A DNA stretch of 64,000 nt from a virus, in the IMG/VR virus record IMGVR_UViG_3300036716_002035, positions 7,610 through 71,609 of that record. One strand, 5' to 3'. The translations under genes and the position numbers were made by a program. The notes under the pieces were generated by a model. It saw nothing but the letters and a program-made list of their open reading frames with translations, did not search any database and was not told the origin of the DNA. Position 1 is the stretch's first letter. Each line of letters starts with the position of its first letter. Below, in pieces: positions 63,066-64,000 of the stretch.

Positions 63066-63563
63066 TTATTCTATAGCTTCCCTAACTATATAGTTATTAT
63101 ATCCCTCAACCCATCTAATCTTTTTTTTATTTTTCTTTATTCCGCTGTCTTCAAAAAAAAGGTATTCATCTGAAGAAGATGAAAAATCATGGTTTCTTAT
63201 AAGCTCGTCTTCGAGCACTATGATTTCTTCATCAGGCATTTTAAGAACCTCTCTTAAGGAGATGGAATGAAGTTCTTGGTTATTAGAATTTAAGGATATT
63301 TTTATGCCCGTAGGCGGTACTTTAAAACTAAAAATAAATTCTTGATCATGCATTTGTATAGCTCTACTCCCAACACCGTTTGACCAAAGGATTCCTTCTC
63401 CTCCTTCTAGCGTAATGATTGCAGCGCCATCCGCCTTAATAAGGTATTTCTCGCCAAAAACCAAGGGGGATATAAAACCTTGTCTCAGTTCTGCAACTGG
63501 GATGTTTGGCTTTTTTTTTAATACGCCGTGCGCTAATTTTTTTAAAATAAAAGGATTACCCAT
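63066..63563 (-). CDS. hypothetical protein
   Basis: True start most likely MGNPF at 63563, 9 nt after a GTGTA motif; the ORF-track extension to 63887 overlaps another gene. Confidence 0.65.
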   Translation of the reverse strand: MGNPFILKKLAHGVLKKKPNIPVAELRQGFISPLVFGEKYLIKADGAAIITLEGGEGILWSNGVGSRAIQMHDQEFIFSFKVPPTGIKISLNSNNQELHSISLREVLKMPDEEIIVLEDELIRNHDFSSSSDEYLFFEDSGIKKNKKKIRWVEGYNNYIVREAIE

Positions 63564-63576
63564 AAAAATGGGTACA

Positions 63577-64000
63577 CTAAGGAGACGGAGTCGTGGCGGT
63601 AGGATATTCCCAGTCATCAAGAGCTTTACCAGCTTCCCCGATATCTCCTCCAAGGCTGGGGTCTGGTGGGGGGTATGGTGATGAAGTAGTTGTTGTTGAA
63701 ATAAATGCCTGTGCCGACGGAGTGGTGCAAACTTCATACTCTCCCTTCCACAGATAAAGCTGAGTGGTAGTTGTTGGTGTCGAGGTAGTACTCGTTGCTT
63801 GGGCGGTAGTACTCGTTGCTTGGGCGGTAGTACTCGTTGCTTGGGCGGTAGTACTCGTTGCTTGAGCGGTAGTCGTGCAGGCTTCATACTCTCCCTGCCA
63901 CAGATAAAGCTGAGTGGTAGTTGTTGGTGTCGAGGTAGTACTCGTTGCTTGGGCGGTAGTACTCGTTGCTTGGGCGGTAGTACTCGTTGCTTGGGCAGTA
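63577..64000 (-). CDS. 3' end of a Thr-rich mucin-like repeat protein (5' end outside the window)
   Basis: Frame from 63999 reads TAQATSTTAQATS...TPTTTTQLYLWQGEYEACTTTAQ...YPTATTPSP-TAG(63577). Confidence 0.8.
   Translation of the reverse strand, partial: TAQATSTTAQATSTTAQATSTTSTPTTTTQLYLWQGEYEACTTTAQATSTTAQATSTTAQATSTTAQATSTTSTPTTTTQLYLWKGEYEVCTTPSAQAFISTTTTSSPYPPPDPSLGGDIGEAGKALDDWEYPTATTPSP
63732..64000. repeat. nested repeat: 150-nt duplication containing 21-nt tandem units (TAQATST)
   Basis: cttcatactctccct(t/g)ccacagataaagctgagtgg... at 63732 and 63882; unit gtagtactcgttgcttgggcg repeated. Confidence 0.9.

Noticed and set aside
63440-63490. Similarity of QGFISPLVFGEKYLI (gene at 63066) to the GDPH tail DPHIKPLLGKPYTI (gene at 24758)
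   Set aside because: Too short and too weak to distinguish from chance by eye.
63564-63887. ORF-track N-terminus with PKQRVLP repeats and His/Gln runs
   Set aside because: This is an off-frame reading of the Thr-rich gene ending at TAG 63577; the downstream gene more plausibly starts at ATG 63563 behind a GTGTA motif.

Overview
This AT-rich window is almost entirely minus-strand and gene-dense. It reads as part of a large (probably jumbo) tailed bacteriophage genome rather than a bacterial chromosome. Several genes (ClpC, an ECF sigma factor, a Chlamydia-like NrdB, an outer-membrane beta-barrel) point to a Gram-negative host, tentatively PVC/Verrucomicrobia. Layout: (1) 1-23 kb holds many small early-type genes, two ECF sigma factors, an HhH DNA glycosylase, tRNA-Arg(UCU), a miniature kinase-like protein, RuvB, PPase, dNMP kinase, dUTPase, GuaC and an outer-membrane barrel. 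(2) 25-39 kb holds ClpC and a replication module: a DnaE-type polymerase split into PHP, exonuclease and polymerase genes, plus a PD-(D/E)XK nuclease, primase, DnaB and RecA. (3) 39-54.5 kb is a ~16 kb glycan biosynthesis cluster (Glf, many glycosyltransferases including fucosyltransferase-like enzymes, four sulfotransferases, Ugd-like, epimerase, Gmd). (4) 54.5-64 kb holds a class Ic-like NrdB, a ClpP-like protease, Thr-rich mucin-like/CBM-like proteins and a tmRNA with an unusually long (38-codon), strongly basic tag. Two genome-wide upstream signals are visible: sigma70-type promoters placed to give leaderless mRNAs, and a GTGTA motif 8-15 nt before at least 18 start codons. All family assignments come from motif recognition by eye; no database searches were run.
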